A stretch of DNA of 64,000 nucleotides, taken from contig DATJKH010000045.1 in assembly GCA_035491715.1 (NCBI GenBank), positions 11,993 to 75,992 of the forward strand, read 5' to 3'. The DNA is from Vicinamibacterales bacterium (GTDB lineage: Bacteria; Acidobacteriota; Vicinamibacteria; Vicinamibacterales; 2-12-FULL-66-21). Each line of letters starts with the position of its first letter. The first letter of the stretch is position 1. Below, in pieces: positions 8,371 through 17,237 of the stretch. The notes below the pieces were generated by a model. It did not search any database, was not told where the DNA came from, and saw only the letters and a program-made list of their open reading frames with translations. The position numbers and the translations under genes are program-made.

Positions 8371-10563
8371 ATGCTGTTGAGCACCCTTCTGACCGCAACG
8401 ATTGCGGTCGCTGCGCAGCAGCCTCCGACCTCACGTCCCTCGGTCACGATCACGCGCGCGGCAACGCCGCCTCGACTCGAAGACTTCGTCACGGGTGAGC
8501 GCCGCGATGGTGTCGTCGCCGACGCCTTCCTGCAGCGTGAACCGGGCGATTTGGTCCCGTCGACCGAAAAGACCGAGGCCTACGTTTCCTACGACGCGGG
8601 CAACCTCTATGTGGTGATTGTCTGCCGCTCAAAGGATCCGTCGAAGATCCGCGCCCGCATGAACCGTCGCGAGCAAATCTTCAACGACGACTTCGTCGGC
8701 GTCTTTCTCGATACCTTCAACGATCGTCAGCGTGCGTACCTGTTTCTCGTGTCGCCGCTCGGCATCCAACTCGACGGCATCGTTACCGAGGGACAGAACG
8801 ACGACTTCAGCTTCGACACGATTTGGCAATCCCACGGTGTGCTTACTGACTTCGGATACGTCGTGTCGATCGCGATCCCGTTCAAGAGTCTGCGCTTTCC
8901 GCCGGCGAGCGGTCCGCAGACGTGGGGCATTGCGTTCATGCGCGGCATACCGGTCAACAGCGAAAACGCATTCTGGCCGGGCATCAGCCGGAGCAAAACG
9001 AGTTTCACCGGGCAATTTGCCGATTTGCGCGGTCTACAGGACGTGTCCCCTGGGCGCAATATTCAGCTGATTCCCTACGGTACTTTTACCGGCGCACGCT
9101 TTCTCGACCGGGAAAATGCCGCGTACGACTCGGAGACCGACGGCCGCGCCGGGATCGATGCCAAGATCGTGGCGCGGGATTCGATGGCGATTGATTTCAC
9201 GCTCAATCCCGATTTCAGTCAGGTCGAGTCGGACGAACCGCAGGTGACCGTCAACCAGCGCTTCGAAGTGTTCTTCCCGGAGAAACGACCATTCTTCCTC
9301 GAGAATGCCGGCTACTTCGAGACGCCTGTCAATCTGTTCTTTTCACGCCGTATTGTCGACCCGCAACTCGGCGGGCGTGTGACCGGGAAGGTCGGAGGCT
9401 GGGCCATCGGTGCGCTGGCGATTGACGATCGGGCACCGGGGCAGCGCGTGGAACGTGACGATCGGCTTCATGACGATCGCACGTTCAATGGCGTCGTGCG
9501 CGCGCGCCGGGAATTTGGCGACTCAAATCTCGGCGGTCTCATCACGACGCGCAGTTTCGGATCCTCGTTCAACCGCATCGTATCCGGGGACACCCGGTTG
9601 CGACTGAACTCGCAATGGTTTGCCCAGGGACAGGCGGCCTTCGCCGAGACGAAGAATATCGACGGGACACACCTTCAGGATGCGGCGTATTCAGCAAATG
9701 TGAACCGCAATTCGCGCGCCTTCTCCTACTTTGCCGACTACACCGACATCGGTCAAGAGTTCCGCACCACCCTTGGGTTCGTCCCGCGAACCGACATTCG
9801 ACAGGCGACGAGCCTTGCTGCCTATCGCTGGTATCCGAAATCGAGCCGGCTGATCTCATTCGGTCCGAATTCGTTCGTCCAGGGCACGTGGGACCATGCC
9901 GGTCAATTGCAGGACTGGACGGTGCGCTTTCCGTTCGAACTGAACTTCAAGGCCCAGAGTGGGATGTTCTTCAGACGGCAGCAATCAATGGAACGCTTTA
10001 CCGGGGTCGAATTTCGTGAGCACGAGAATCTCGTGACCGCGAATACGAGTTACTTCCGGTGGATGGACGTCTCGTTCTTCACCGCGACGGGAACACGGCC
10101 GAATTACTACCCGCCGGCCGGGACGCTGCCAACCCTCGCCGACTTTTGGGATGGTCAGATCGGGTTGACCTTCCGTCCAGTAAGCGGGCTCCGTCTCGAC
10201 GAGACGTATATCTACAGTCATCTGGGGACGCGAACTGAGCCGGCGCGCACGATTTTCGACAACCACATCGTACGGTCCAAGATGAACTATCAGTTCACGC
10301 GCGAGTTCTCTCTCCGCGTAATTCTCGACTACAACGCCGTCCTCTCCGATCCGTCGCTGGTCTCGCTCGAACGAACGAAGCACTTCGCCGGCGATGTGCT
10401 GTTCACCTACCTGATTCACCCTGGCACCGCGTTTTATGTCGGCTACACCGACGGATACGACAGCGTCGAACTCGGTAGCGCCGGGATTGTCCCGATCAAC
10501 TCGCCCACGACGTCGACGGGACGACAGTTCTTCGTGAAGGCCAGCTATTTGTTCAGATTCTAA
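8371..10563 (+). CDS. Outer-membrane-type protein, CBM9-like N-domain plus DUF5916-like beta-barrel
   Basis: 730 aa with a signal peptide (MLLSTLLTATIAVAAQQ). Beta-strand-rich C-terminal part ends in ...KASYLFRF, an aromatic terminal residue typical of OMPs. The family assignment is from memory of similar proteins. Confidence 0.6.
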   Translation: MLLSTLLTATIAVAAQQPPTSRPSVTITRAATPPRLEDFVTGERRDGVVADAFLQREPGDLVPSTEKTEAYVSYDAGNLYVVIVCRSKDPSKIRARMNRREQIFNDDFVGVFLDTFNDRQRAYLFLVSPLGIQLDGIVTEGQNDDFSFDTIWQSHGVLTDFGYVVSIAIPFKSLRFPPASGPQTWGIAFMRGIPVNSENAFWPGISRSKTSFTGQFADLRGLQDVSPGRNIQLIPYGTFTGARFLDRENAAYDSETDGRAGIDAKIVARDSMAIDFTLNPDFSQVESDEPQVTVNQRFEVFFPEKRPFFLENAGYFETPVNLFFSRRIVDPQLGGRVTGKVGGWAIGALAIDDRAPGQRVERDDRLHDDRTFNGVVRARREFGDSNLGGLITTRSFGSSFNRIVSGDTRLRLNSQWFAQGQAAFAETKNIDGTHLQDAAYSANVNRNSRAFSYFADYTDIGQEFRTTLGFVPRTDIRQATSLAAYRWYPKSSRLISFGPNSFVQGTWDHAGQLQDWTVRFPFELNFKAQSGMFFRRQQSMERFTGVEFREHENLVTANTSYFRWMDVSFFTATGTRPNYYPPAGTLPTLADFWDGQIGLTFRPVSGLRLDETYIYSHLGTRTEPARTIFDNHIVRSKMNYQFTREFSLRVILDYNAVLSDPSLVSLERTKHFAGDVLFTYLIHPGTAFYVGYTDGYDSVELGSAGIVPINSPTTSTGRQFFVKASYLFRF

Positions 10564-10748
10564 GTTTCGAGCTCCAGTTCCCAGTCGCCAGCCGCAACTG
10601 AACTAAGCCCATCAGTCCGTCGGTACTCCGGAAGAGGTCTACCCATTCCGGGCATCCGGTGCGCCAAAAAATCCCGCGCGAGCGGGCCACCCCCCCTGCT
10701 CAGTCGGGACCGCGTTTTGCACGGCGGGCGGCGGCGGGAAAGGAGCCC

Positions 10749-11006
10749 ATGGAGACACATGACCCCTTGGACCACGCGCTGCAAGAATGTGAGGACAAAG
10801 TCAAGGAACTGGAGGAAGAGAATCAGCACCTGCGTGAGTCGTCTCACGCGTTCGGACAACTGGCGGAGCGACTGAACCAGACGCTTCAGCAGGAGCGACG
10901 AGTCGGCGCCGAGCGACGTCAGTCCCAGCGGCCCAGCGGCGATCGGAGAAATCATCGCCCCGTCATAGTGCCCCGGCAGTCGGAGCGGTCCCACGATCGG
11001 GAGTGA
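10749..11006 (+). CDS. Hypothetical small coiled-coil protein
   Basis: Trimmed to the ATG at 10749, preceded by GAAAGGAG. The sequence METHDPLDHALQECEDKVKELEEENQHLRESSHAFGQLAERLNQTLQQE is heptad-like. The overlapping minus-strand ORF looks non-coding. Confidence 0.45.
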   Translation: METHDPLDHALQECEDKVKELEEENQHLRESSHAFGQLAERLNQTLQQERRVGAERRQSQRPSGDRRNHRPVIVPRQSERSHDRE

Positions 11007-11009
11007 CGA

Positions 11010-12197
11010 CTATTCCACGGCCCGTTCGGGAACCGGCGCGGATGTGTGAAAGTCGCGATAGAACCGGGTGACGTAGGAATCGAGCAGTTCCTGCACTCGA
11101 CGCTCGTCATTTGCCGCGACGATTACTCCGGCGTGATGGCGCTTATGGATGTGCCGGACGATTTCGGGGTCGGAGTACGCCTGCATGTCGGGATATTCCT
11201 GGCGTGCAAGGGAGAGCACGATTCCGGCCGGCCGGCCGGGCAATTGCGGCAGGGTGTACTCGCCGCGCTCGCCCGCCACCTCGATCCGTGCCCACTCACG
11301 CCAGAGATTTATCCCGGTGCTGGCTTCGACCACGTCAACGATAAACGCGCCGCCGACACGCGCCGACGTTTCAAGGAAGTACAGCCCGCCGTCCTGTGCA
11401 CGAATGAATTCCGTGTGTGATACTCCGCGGACAAGTCCGAATGCGTTCAGGACACGCGCATTTGTCGCAGTCAACTGTTGCGCGAGAGGACCTTCGGGTT
11501 GAAGCGTTCGCGTGACGAAGATGCCCCCCTCATGAGCGACAGTCAATGGCGGTGATCCATAGACGCTTGCCGACGCAAAGACCACTTCGCGGCCAAACAT
11601 GAGCGAGTCGACGTGGAACACGTCGCCTGGCACGAACTGCTCGAGGACGTAATCCGCACGCGCATCGCCCAGTCCGTTCAACATCGCCCACAACTCTGAC
11701 GTCGATGCCGTCCTCTTGATGCCGATGGCGGCCGCCTGTCCACGCGGTTTGAGCACCCACGGCGGCGGCACCGAGGCGGTCCATTCGCTGACCGCTCCGT
11801 CGTTCGCAACGTGAACGAACTGAGGACACTGGATCCCCGCGGCGCGCGCGCGCGATCGCATTGCCAGCTTGTCGCGGAACGCTCGCGCGGTGGTTTCCCC
11901 CATGCCAGGGATGTGCAGATACTCGCGCAGCATGGCCGCCATCTCGACATCGAAGTCGTCCAGCGCGACGATTCGATCGATCCGCTCGGTGCGGGCGACA
12001 AAGGCCGCTCCCTTGCGAACGTCCTCTTCCGACATGCCGCGCCGCACGTAATAGAAGCTGTCGATGGCTTCCCGCGGCCAGTCCGAGTCTTTCAGTTTTT
12101 CCTCAGTGAGCAACAGGACGCGGCAGCCCAGACGGCGGCACTCCTTGAGAAACTCGTCTCCCTTTCGGTAGGTTGCAATGCAGAGAAAAGTGAGCAC
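11010..12197 (-). CDS. ATP-grasp domain-containing protein (carboxylate-amine ligase type)
   Basis: 395 aa with ATP-grasp architecture (...PWVLKPRGQAAAIGIKR..., ...YVLEQFVPGDVFHVDS..., ...HTEFIRAQDGGLYFLETSARVGG). The GTG start directly abuts the stop of the upstream peptidase gene. Confidence 0.75.
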   Translation of the reverse strand: MLTFLCIATYRKGDEFLKECRRLGCRVLLLTEEKLKDSDWPREAIDSFYYVRRGMSEEDVRKGAAFVARTERIDRIVALDDFDVEMAAMLREYLHIPGMGETTARAFRDKLAMRSRARAAGIQCPQFVHVANDGAVSEWTASVPPPWVLKPRGQAAAIGIKRTASTSELWAMLNGLGDARADYVLEQFVPGDVFHVDSLMFGREVVFASASVYGSPPLTVAHEGGIFVTRTLQPEGPLAQQLTATNARVLNAFGLVRGVSHTEFIRAQDGGLYFLETSARVGGAFIVDVVEASTGINLWREWARIEVAGERGEYTLPQLPGRPAGIVLSLARQEYPDMQAYSDPEIVRHIHKRHHAGVIVAANDERRVQELLDSYVTRFYRDFHTSAPVPERAVE

Positions 12198-13283
12198 CTA
12201 GATCTCGTTGACCGCCGGCCATCCGGGCACGCCGCGCGCCGCGCGAACACCTCTGACGATCGCTTCGGCGACGACATCGGCGGCGAGTGCGCCAAGGACC
12301 GTCAACTGAAGATTGGGACGTGCCAGCCGTCCTGTCGACACAGCGAAGAGTGAATCTCCGTCGCCTGTCGTGTGATAGGGGCGAACTGCCCTTGCCGCGC
12401 CGCAATTGGCCATCATCGCGACTTTGGTCAGCGGAGTTTTGTCGAGCGTGACGTTGGTTGCGACAACCGCGAGCGTGGTGCTTCGAAGGGCGGGATCATC
12501 AACGGGAGCATCGCCGCTCGTGCCTGAGACAATGCCGCGCATGAACTCGACGCTGTCCGCGAAGCGTCCATCGGCGCGCCGCGCTCCGGCAACGATTTGG
12601 CCCGATCGCCAATCGAGTACATCACCGGCGGCATTCACGACCGCAAGCGCCGCGATGACGACGTCACCAAGCTTGATGCTTGCGGTGCCAAGACCACCCT
12701 TCATGCCCGTCAACCCGCGGCCGCGATGCATCTTGCCCACCGTTGCTCCCGCCCCTGCGCCAACATTGCCCTCTGCGACCGCACTGGATGATGCGGCCGT
12801 ACACGCTTTGTAGGCAGCCTCGACATCAGGGCGGATGCGCGGATCGCCGACGGCGAGATCATCGATGACCGCGCTCACAACGATCGGAATCCGGAGGCCG
12901 GGTGTGCCCCAGTCGAACCCCAGTTTGTGCTCTTCGAGAAAACGCAACACACCACCGGAGGAGGGCAGCGCGAGGACGCCGCCCCCGGTCAGAAAGAGCG
13001 CGTGGATGCGGTCGACCGGACTGACCGGCTGCAGCATCACGCCCATCGATTCACCGGGCGCGGAGCTGTTGTAGTCGACGGCCGCTGCCGCGGCGGACTC
13101 GAACAGGATCGCGGTGCAACCGGTGGGCCGGCGTGGATCGGTGAAGTGTCCGACGGTGATGCCAGCAACATCGGTGAGCGATCCTGCCGATGGACGCGAC
13201 GTTTGCGTGCGACTCAACACGGATGGCCGCGCCGCGCCCGCTGCCAATGCCGCTGCGAATTCCCGGCGAGTGTAGTCAGACAT
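12198..13283 (-). CDS. P1 (S58, DmpA/BapA-like) family aminopeptidase with Tat-type signal
   Basis: Start trimmed to the ATG at 13283, preceded by GGGAGGA. N-terminus MSDYTRREFAAALAAGAA is twin-arginine-like. DmpA-like core GxTTL...ATNV and GG.TGM-type segments are present. Confidence 0.75.
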   Translation of the reverse strand: MSDYTRREFAAALAAGAARPSVLSRTQTSRPSAGSLTDVAGITVGHFTDPRRPTGCTAILFESAAAAAVDYNSSAPGESMGVMLQPVSPVDRIHALFLTGGGVLALPSSGGVLRFLEEHKLGFDWGTPGLRIPIVVSAVIDDLAVGDPRIRPDVEAAYKACTAASSSAVAEGNVGAGAGATVGKMHRGRGLTGMKGGLGTASIKLGDVVIAALAVVNAAGDVLDWRSGQIVAGARRADGRFADSVEFMRGIVSGTSGDAPVDDPALRSTTLAVVATNVTLDKTPLTKVAMMANCGAARAVRPYHTTGDGDSLFAVSTGRLARPNLQLTVLGALAADVVAEAIVRGVRAARGVPGWPAVNEI

Positions 13284-13300
13284 CCGGTCCTCCCGGAACG

Positions 13301-13939
13301 TCACTGTCGCACGAGCTCGCGCACGGCGGCAAGTTCGTCCGCGTTGATCGTGTGGCCCATCCGTTGGTAGATCCGCTCGTCTACGCGTGCGCCCATCCTT
13401 CGAAACACTTCCGCCGACTCGTGCACGCGCTCCAGCGGGATATGTGGATCAACATCGCTGCATCCGAGAAACACCGGTGTGTCAGCCATCGAACCTGGAT
13501 AATCGCGCGGCGTGCCGGGCGGACCGATCACGCCGCCGCTGAGCGCAACGACGGCCGCGTAGCGCTGAGCGTGTCGGGCGGCGAACTCCAGTCCGAGGCA
13601 AGCGCCCTGCGAGAATCCGAGAATGATGATGTGTTCGGGCGGGTGCCCGCCGCTAGTGACCTTCGTGACCAGGCCCGCGATCACACTGAGCGCGGATGTC
13701 AGCCCCGGCTCGTTTTGCGGAATCGGCGACAGAAATGAGTACGGATACCACGTGTGACCCGCCGCCTGCGGCGCAAGATACGCCACGTCGTTGGTGCCGA
13801 GCTCCGGCGCGATGCCGAGAATGTCTTCCGCGGTCGCGCCGCGGCCGTGAATGAAGATGCCGATACGCCGGGCCGATTCGATCGGCGCTCCATAGTGGAG
13901 TACCGGTTGACCTTCATGAGGATCAGCTGGATTGGTCAC
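13301..13939 (-). CDS. Alpha/beta hydrolase, phospholipase/carboxylesterase family
   Basis: 212 aa. Nucleophile elbow ILGFSQGACLG, then ...LGCSDVDPHIP... and ...GHTI... consistent with a Ser-Asp-His triad. Confidence 0.8.
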   Translation of the reverse strand: MTNPADPHEGQPVLHYGAPIESARRIGIFIHGRGATAEDILGIAPELGTNDVAYLAPQAAGHTWYPYSFLSPIPQNEPGLTSALSVIAGLVTKVTSGGHPPEHIIILGFSQGACLGLEFAARHAQRYAAVVALSGGVIGPPGTPRDYPGSMADTPVFLGCSDVDPHIPLERVHESAEVFRRMGARVDERIYQRMGHTINADELAAVRELVRQ

Positions 13940-13980
13940 GATCTATTCTTGCCGATCTTTCTGTAGTCAAGGGGCTTTCC

Positions 13981-14008
13981 CTTTACCTTTTACCTTCTAC
14001 CTCTTACC
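13981..14008. repeat. Four tandem heptamers TYTTACC in a divergent promoter region
   Basis: CTTTACC TTTTACC TTCTACC TCTTACC, lying between the divergent genes at 13939 (-) and 14026 (+). Confidence 0.9.
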
Positions 14009-14025
14009 TTTAGAGGGGAGGGTTT

Positions 14026-14946
14026 ATGTCCGACCGTCGTGCATTCCTCAAATCGATCGCCGCTGCGGCGGTTGCCGGTGCGGTTCAGCCGGCCGAGGGC
14101 GCTCAGTCTTCGCCTGTACAAAAGCCGGCAACGGCGACCATTCGCAAATCCACGCTCATCTCGATGCTTCCCAGGCAGTTGTCCTATGCCGACCGCTTTG
14201 CAATGGCGCGCGAAGCTGGATTTGAAGCGATCGAGATGCAAACCATCACGAAAGACGATGAAGCGGCGGAAATCAAAGAGGCGTCAAAGAAAACCGGGCT
14301 TCGTATTCACTCGGTGATGAACTCCGATCACTGGCGGCTTCCGATCTCCAGCAGCAATCCGGAAGTGGTGTCCGGGAGCGTCAAGGGGATGGAAGCGTCG
14401 ATCCGGAACGCCGCGCTGTGGGGAGCCGACGCCGTCCTGCTCGTGCCGGCGGTTGTCGACGCGACCACGTCGTATCGCGATGCGTGGACGCGGTCGCAGC
14501 AGGTCATTCGTGAGCGGCTGGTTCCGATGGCGCGCGACATGAAGGTCATCATTGCCGTCGAGGAAGTGTGGAACAAGTTCCTCCTCAGTCCGATCGAGTT
14601 TGCGAAATACGTCGATGAGTTCGACTCGCCGTGGGTCCGTGCCTACTTCGACGTCGGCAATGTCGTCATCTATGCATTCCCGCAGGACTGGATTCGCACG
14701 CTCGGTTCGCGCATCGTGAAAGTTCATCTCAAGGACTTCAAGTTCGATCGCCGCAACGGCAGCTTCTCGTGGCCGAACATGGGCGAGGGGGACATCGATT
14801 GGCCGGAAGTCCGCCGCGCCTTCGCCGACATCAAGTACAGCGGCTACATGACGACCGAGCTCTCGGGGGGCGACGCCGCGTACTTGAAGGACCTTTCCAC
14901 GCGTGTCGATCGATTTCTGGCCGGAGAGAAGCCGGTCGCTTCTTAG
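14026..14946 (+). CDS. Sugar phosphate isomerase/epimerase (xylose-isomerase-like TIM barrel) with Tat signal
   Basis: 306 aa. N-terminus MSDRRAFLKSIAAAAVAGAV. Contains ...GFEAIEM..., ...IAVEEVWNKF..., ...YFDVGNV... metal-ligand-type segments. Confidence 0.8.
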   Translation: MSDRRAFLKSIAAAAVAGAVQPAEGAQSSPVQKPATATIRKSTLISMLPRQLSYADRFAMAREAGFEAIEMQTITKDDEAAEIKEASKKTGLRIHSVMNSDHWRLPISSSNPEVVSGSVKGMEASIRNAALWGADAVLLVPAVVDATTSYRDAWTRSQQVIRERLVPMARDMKVIIAVEEVWNKFLLSPIEFAKYVDEFDSPWVRAYFDVGNVVIYAFPQDWIRTLGSRIVKVHLKDFKFDRRNGSFSWPNMGEGDIDWPEVRRAFADIKYSGYMTTELSGGDAAYLKDLSTRVDRFLAGEKPVAS

Positions 14947-14964
14947 CCAGCGTACTCTGCTGTA

Positions 14965-15010
14965 GGCGCGGTCTCTGAGACCGCGCCAGGCGGGGTGTGA
15001 AGACCCCGCC
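14965..15010 (+). terminator. Two tandem GC-rich hairpins downstream of the isomerase gene
   Basis: Hairpin 1 is GGCGCGGTCTC-T-GAGACCGCGCC (14965..14987). Hairpin 2 is GGCGGGGT-gtgaag-ACCCCGCC (14989..15010). Neither is followed by a U-tract. Confidence 0.45.
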
Positions 15011-15098
15011 GCACACGCCTCTCGGTAACGTCAAGAATCCCATCAAGTTAGCGTCGGCCGAAACATTTCGGTGAGCCCGGTCGTAAGTATCACCAACT

Positions 15099-15115
15099 AT
15101 CTTGTCACGCAAGAT
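15099..15115. promoter_or_regulatory. Candidate PadR operator, palindrome ATCTTG-N5-CAAGAT
   Basis: ATCTTGTCACGCAAGAT lies 22-38 nt upstream of the PadR ATG (15137). Same half-sites and spacing as 7706..7722. Confidence 0.55.
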
Positions 15116-15136
15116 ATATGGTGGCACAATAACAAC

Positions 15137-15508
15137 ATGGCTCGGCCCGGTGAAGACGACGATCGGCGGGGAATTGCCAGGGAACTCAAGCGCGGATCGC
15201 TCGAGTTGATCGTGCTGCACCTCCTGTCGCATGGGGAGGCCTACGGGTACGAGATTGTGTCGGCGCTGACCGAGCGCACAAACGGCAGTCTCGAAGTGAC
15301 CGACGGAACGCTCTATCCCGTCCTTTACCGCCTCGAGCGTGCGGGGTTCGTGGCCGTTCGGTGGGAAACGCCGCAACGCGGGGTGCCGCGGAAGTACTAC
15401 CGGCTGACAAAGTCGGGTCAGGCCGAGCTGAGCCGTCTGAGACACGAGTGGAACGCGTTCGCGGCCGCCATGGCCAGTCTTCTTCGCCAGCAACCGGAGA
15501 TCACATGA
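15137..15508 (+). CDS. PadR family transcriptional regulator
   Basis: Trimmed to the ATG at 15137. Contains GSLELIVLHLLSHGEAYGYEIVSALTERTNGSLEVTDGTLYPVLYRLERAGFV...PRKYYRLTKSGQAEL. Confidence 0.9.
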   Translation: MARPGEDDDRRGIARELKRGSLELIVLHLLSHGEAYGYEIVSALTERTNGSLEVTDGTLYPVLYRLERAGFVAVRWETPQRGVPRKYYRLTKSGQAELSRLRHEWNAFAAAMASLLRQQPEIT

Positions 15509-16101
15509 GCGTCGAACAGGCGTACATCGATCGCGTGATCGCTCAGCTTCCCAGGGAGGCGACGCTGCGCGCGCAAGTGGCGATGGAACTGCACAGCCAC
15601 ATTGCTGAGCGGATCGAACACGGTCATTCGGTGGAAGAGGCGCTTCACCAGCTCGGCGATCCGATCGTTTTGGCCGAGTCGTACCTCGCGGCGGTCCCAC
15701 TGATCCCGGCGTCGTTCTGGCGGCGGGCCGCTGCGAAACTGTTGGACGCGCTTGCGTATCTCGGCGTGTGCGCCCCGGTGGTCCTCCTCGTACTGTATCG
15801 GTACGAGTTCGTTATCGCGGTCTTCGTCGGCGTCTTTCTGCTCGCAATCGGCGCGTTGTATCCGCTTCTTGCAGAGTATCGCTATGGAAAGACGCTAGGC
15901 AAGCACTGGCTCGGACTGCGTGTCGTGCGCGAATCGGGTGCGCGCATCAGCTTCGGCCAGTCAGTTGTCCGTCAGCTTCCGCTCGCGCTCGAAGTGTTCT
16001 GGATCGACGTGCTCTTCGCCTTGTTCACGGAAAAGCATCAGCGCGCTTTCGAAATCCTTTCGAAGACACGCGTCGTGGTTGTAACGGAGAACCAGTCATG
16101 A
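15505..16101 (+). CDS. Membrane protein: DUF1700/HAAS-like N-terminal helical module fused to an RDD domain
   Basis: Its ATG overlaps the PadR stop (ATGA). N-terminus MSVEQAYIDRVIAQLPREATLRAQVAMELHSHIAERIEHGHSVEEALHQLGDPIVLAESYL matches the PadR-associated helical sensor pattern. The C-terminal half has RDD-type TM segments (YRYGKTLGKHWLGLRVV). Confidence 0.7.
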   Translation: MSVEQAYIDRVIAQLPREATLRAQVAMELHSHIAERIEHGHSVEEALHQLGDPIVLAESYLAAVPLIPASFWRRAAAKLLDALAYLGVCAPVVLLVLYRYEFVIAVFVGVFLLAIGALYPLLAEYRYGKTLGKHWLGLRVVRESGARISFGQSVVRQLPLALEVFWIDVLFALFTEKHQRAFEILSKTRVVVVTENQS

Positions 16102-16607
16102 TGAAACAGATGTTGATGACGCCGGCCCTGTTTGGTTTAACCCTTCTTGCAGGACAGTCATCGTCGGTCACGCCGCCGCGTGCGGCCTCGCTGGATGATG
16201 TCGTGGCTGAAGTGCGAGCGCTTCGCGAGGATCTGCGTGGAACGGCCGAAACGGGTCTGCGGGCGCAGTTGCTGGTTGCCCGACTGCAGGTCGAGGAACA
16301 GCGGATTGACGGGCTTGCGCGGCAGCTCTCGGATACCGAACAGCAGATGCGAGCTCTCGAAGGAGCTCGCAATCCATGGCTGACGCAGATGTTGAAGGAG
16401 TTCGACAAGCAACCGCGCGACCCGGCCGAGCCGGATCTGTTCGCCGGCCTCCGGGCGCAGCTCGAAACAATTGAGAACGGCGATCCCGCCCTCAAGGAGC
16501 GTCAAGCCTCGCTATCGAGGATGCTCGCAGACGAGCAGGCGCGCTGGGTCGCGTTCAACGCGCAGCTCGAAGCGCTCGAAAAAGCGGTGGTCGCGCCTAA
16601 GAGGTAA
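16098..16607 (+). CDS. Secreted coiled-coil protein (hypothetical)
   Basis: Its ATG overlaps the upstream stop (ATGA). Signal peptide MMKQMLMTPALFGLTLLAGQSS, followed by Q/E/L/R-rich heptads. Confidence 0.6.
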   Translation: MMKQMLMTPALFGLTLLAGQSSSVTPPRAASLDDVVAEVRALREDLRGTAETGLRAQLLVARLQVEEQRIDGLARQLSDTEQQMRALEGARNPWLTQMLKEFDKQPRDPAEPDLFAGLRAQLETIENGDPALKERQASLSRMLADEQARWVAFNAQLEALEKAVVAPKR

Positions 16608-17181
16608 CGGCGGCTGCACTCGTCACCGCGACCGACTGGTTCAAGCACGCAAACACGTCGCGATAAAACGCGGGATGCTCGCGCCACGTCGGCGCGGAGA
16701 CGATGTTGCCGTCGCGCACGCTCTCGGCCTTGACGTACCGCCCGCCGCCAGCTTCCGCGTCGGTTTGTACGTGCTCGTAGCAGGTCACGCGCTTGTTCTT
16801 CAGCAGTCCCGCCGACGCCAGCAGCTGCACGCCGTGACAGATGGCGAAGATCCACTTTCCCCGGGCATCGAAGTCCCGGAGGATGTTCAGCACGCGGGCA
16901 TTGTTTCGAAGGTACTCGGGCGCGCGACCGCCAATGCACAGAACGGCGTCGTAATCGGACGCATTCACTTCCTCAAACGTCAGATCTGACTCGATCGCGT
17001 ATCCTGGCGATTCCTTGTAGGTGTCCCACCCGGGCTCGAAATCGTGCATGACGAGATGCAGTCGGCGCTTGGATGGAGCCGCGACCTTGGGGTCGTAGCC
17101 GGCCTCTTGAAAGCGATGAAACGCAAACCATGTCTCGTACGCTTCGCCGCCGTCTCCGGTGATGATGAGAACTTTGGACAT
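16597..17181 (-). CDS. DJ-1/PfpI family protein
   Basis: Trimmed to the ATG at 17181 (MSKVLIITGDGGE...). The nucleophile elbow KWIFAICHGVQLL is intact. Confidence 0.85.
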   Translation of the reverse strand: MSKVLIITGDGGEAYETWFAFHRFQEAGYDPKVAAPSKRRLHLVMHDFEPGWDTYKESPGYAIESDLTFEEVNASDYDAVLCIGGRAPEYLRNNARVLNILRDFDARGKWIFAICHGVQLLASAGLLKNKRVTCYEHVQTDAEAGGGRYVKAESVRDGNIVSAPTWREHPAFYRDVFACLNQSVAVTSAAAVTS

Positions 17182-17237
17182 GTCCGGTATTATAGGCCGC
17201 CCGAGCGCGAGTGGGATGGGCCCACGAGCACTTACAC

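Noticed and set aside
10560-10994. Minus-strand ORF of 144 aa opposite the small coiled-coil ORF.
   Set aside because: It has no SD and an implausible sequence. The plus-strand ORF has a GAAAGGAG-ATG context and a clean heptad pattern, so it is preferred, though still at low confidence.
15361-16097. Upstream extensions of ORFs 15361..16101 and 15768..16607.
   Set aside because: The extensions overlap the preceding genes out of frame. Internal ATGs at 15505 and 16098 form ATGA overlaps with the upstream stops, and they begin sensible N-termini (a helical module and a signal peptide).
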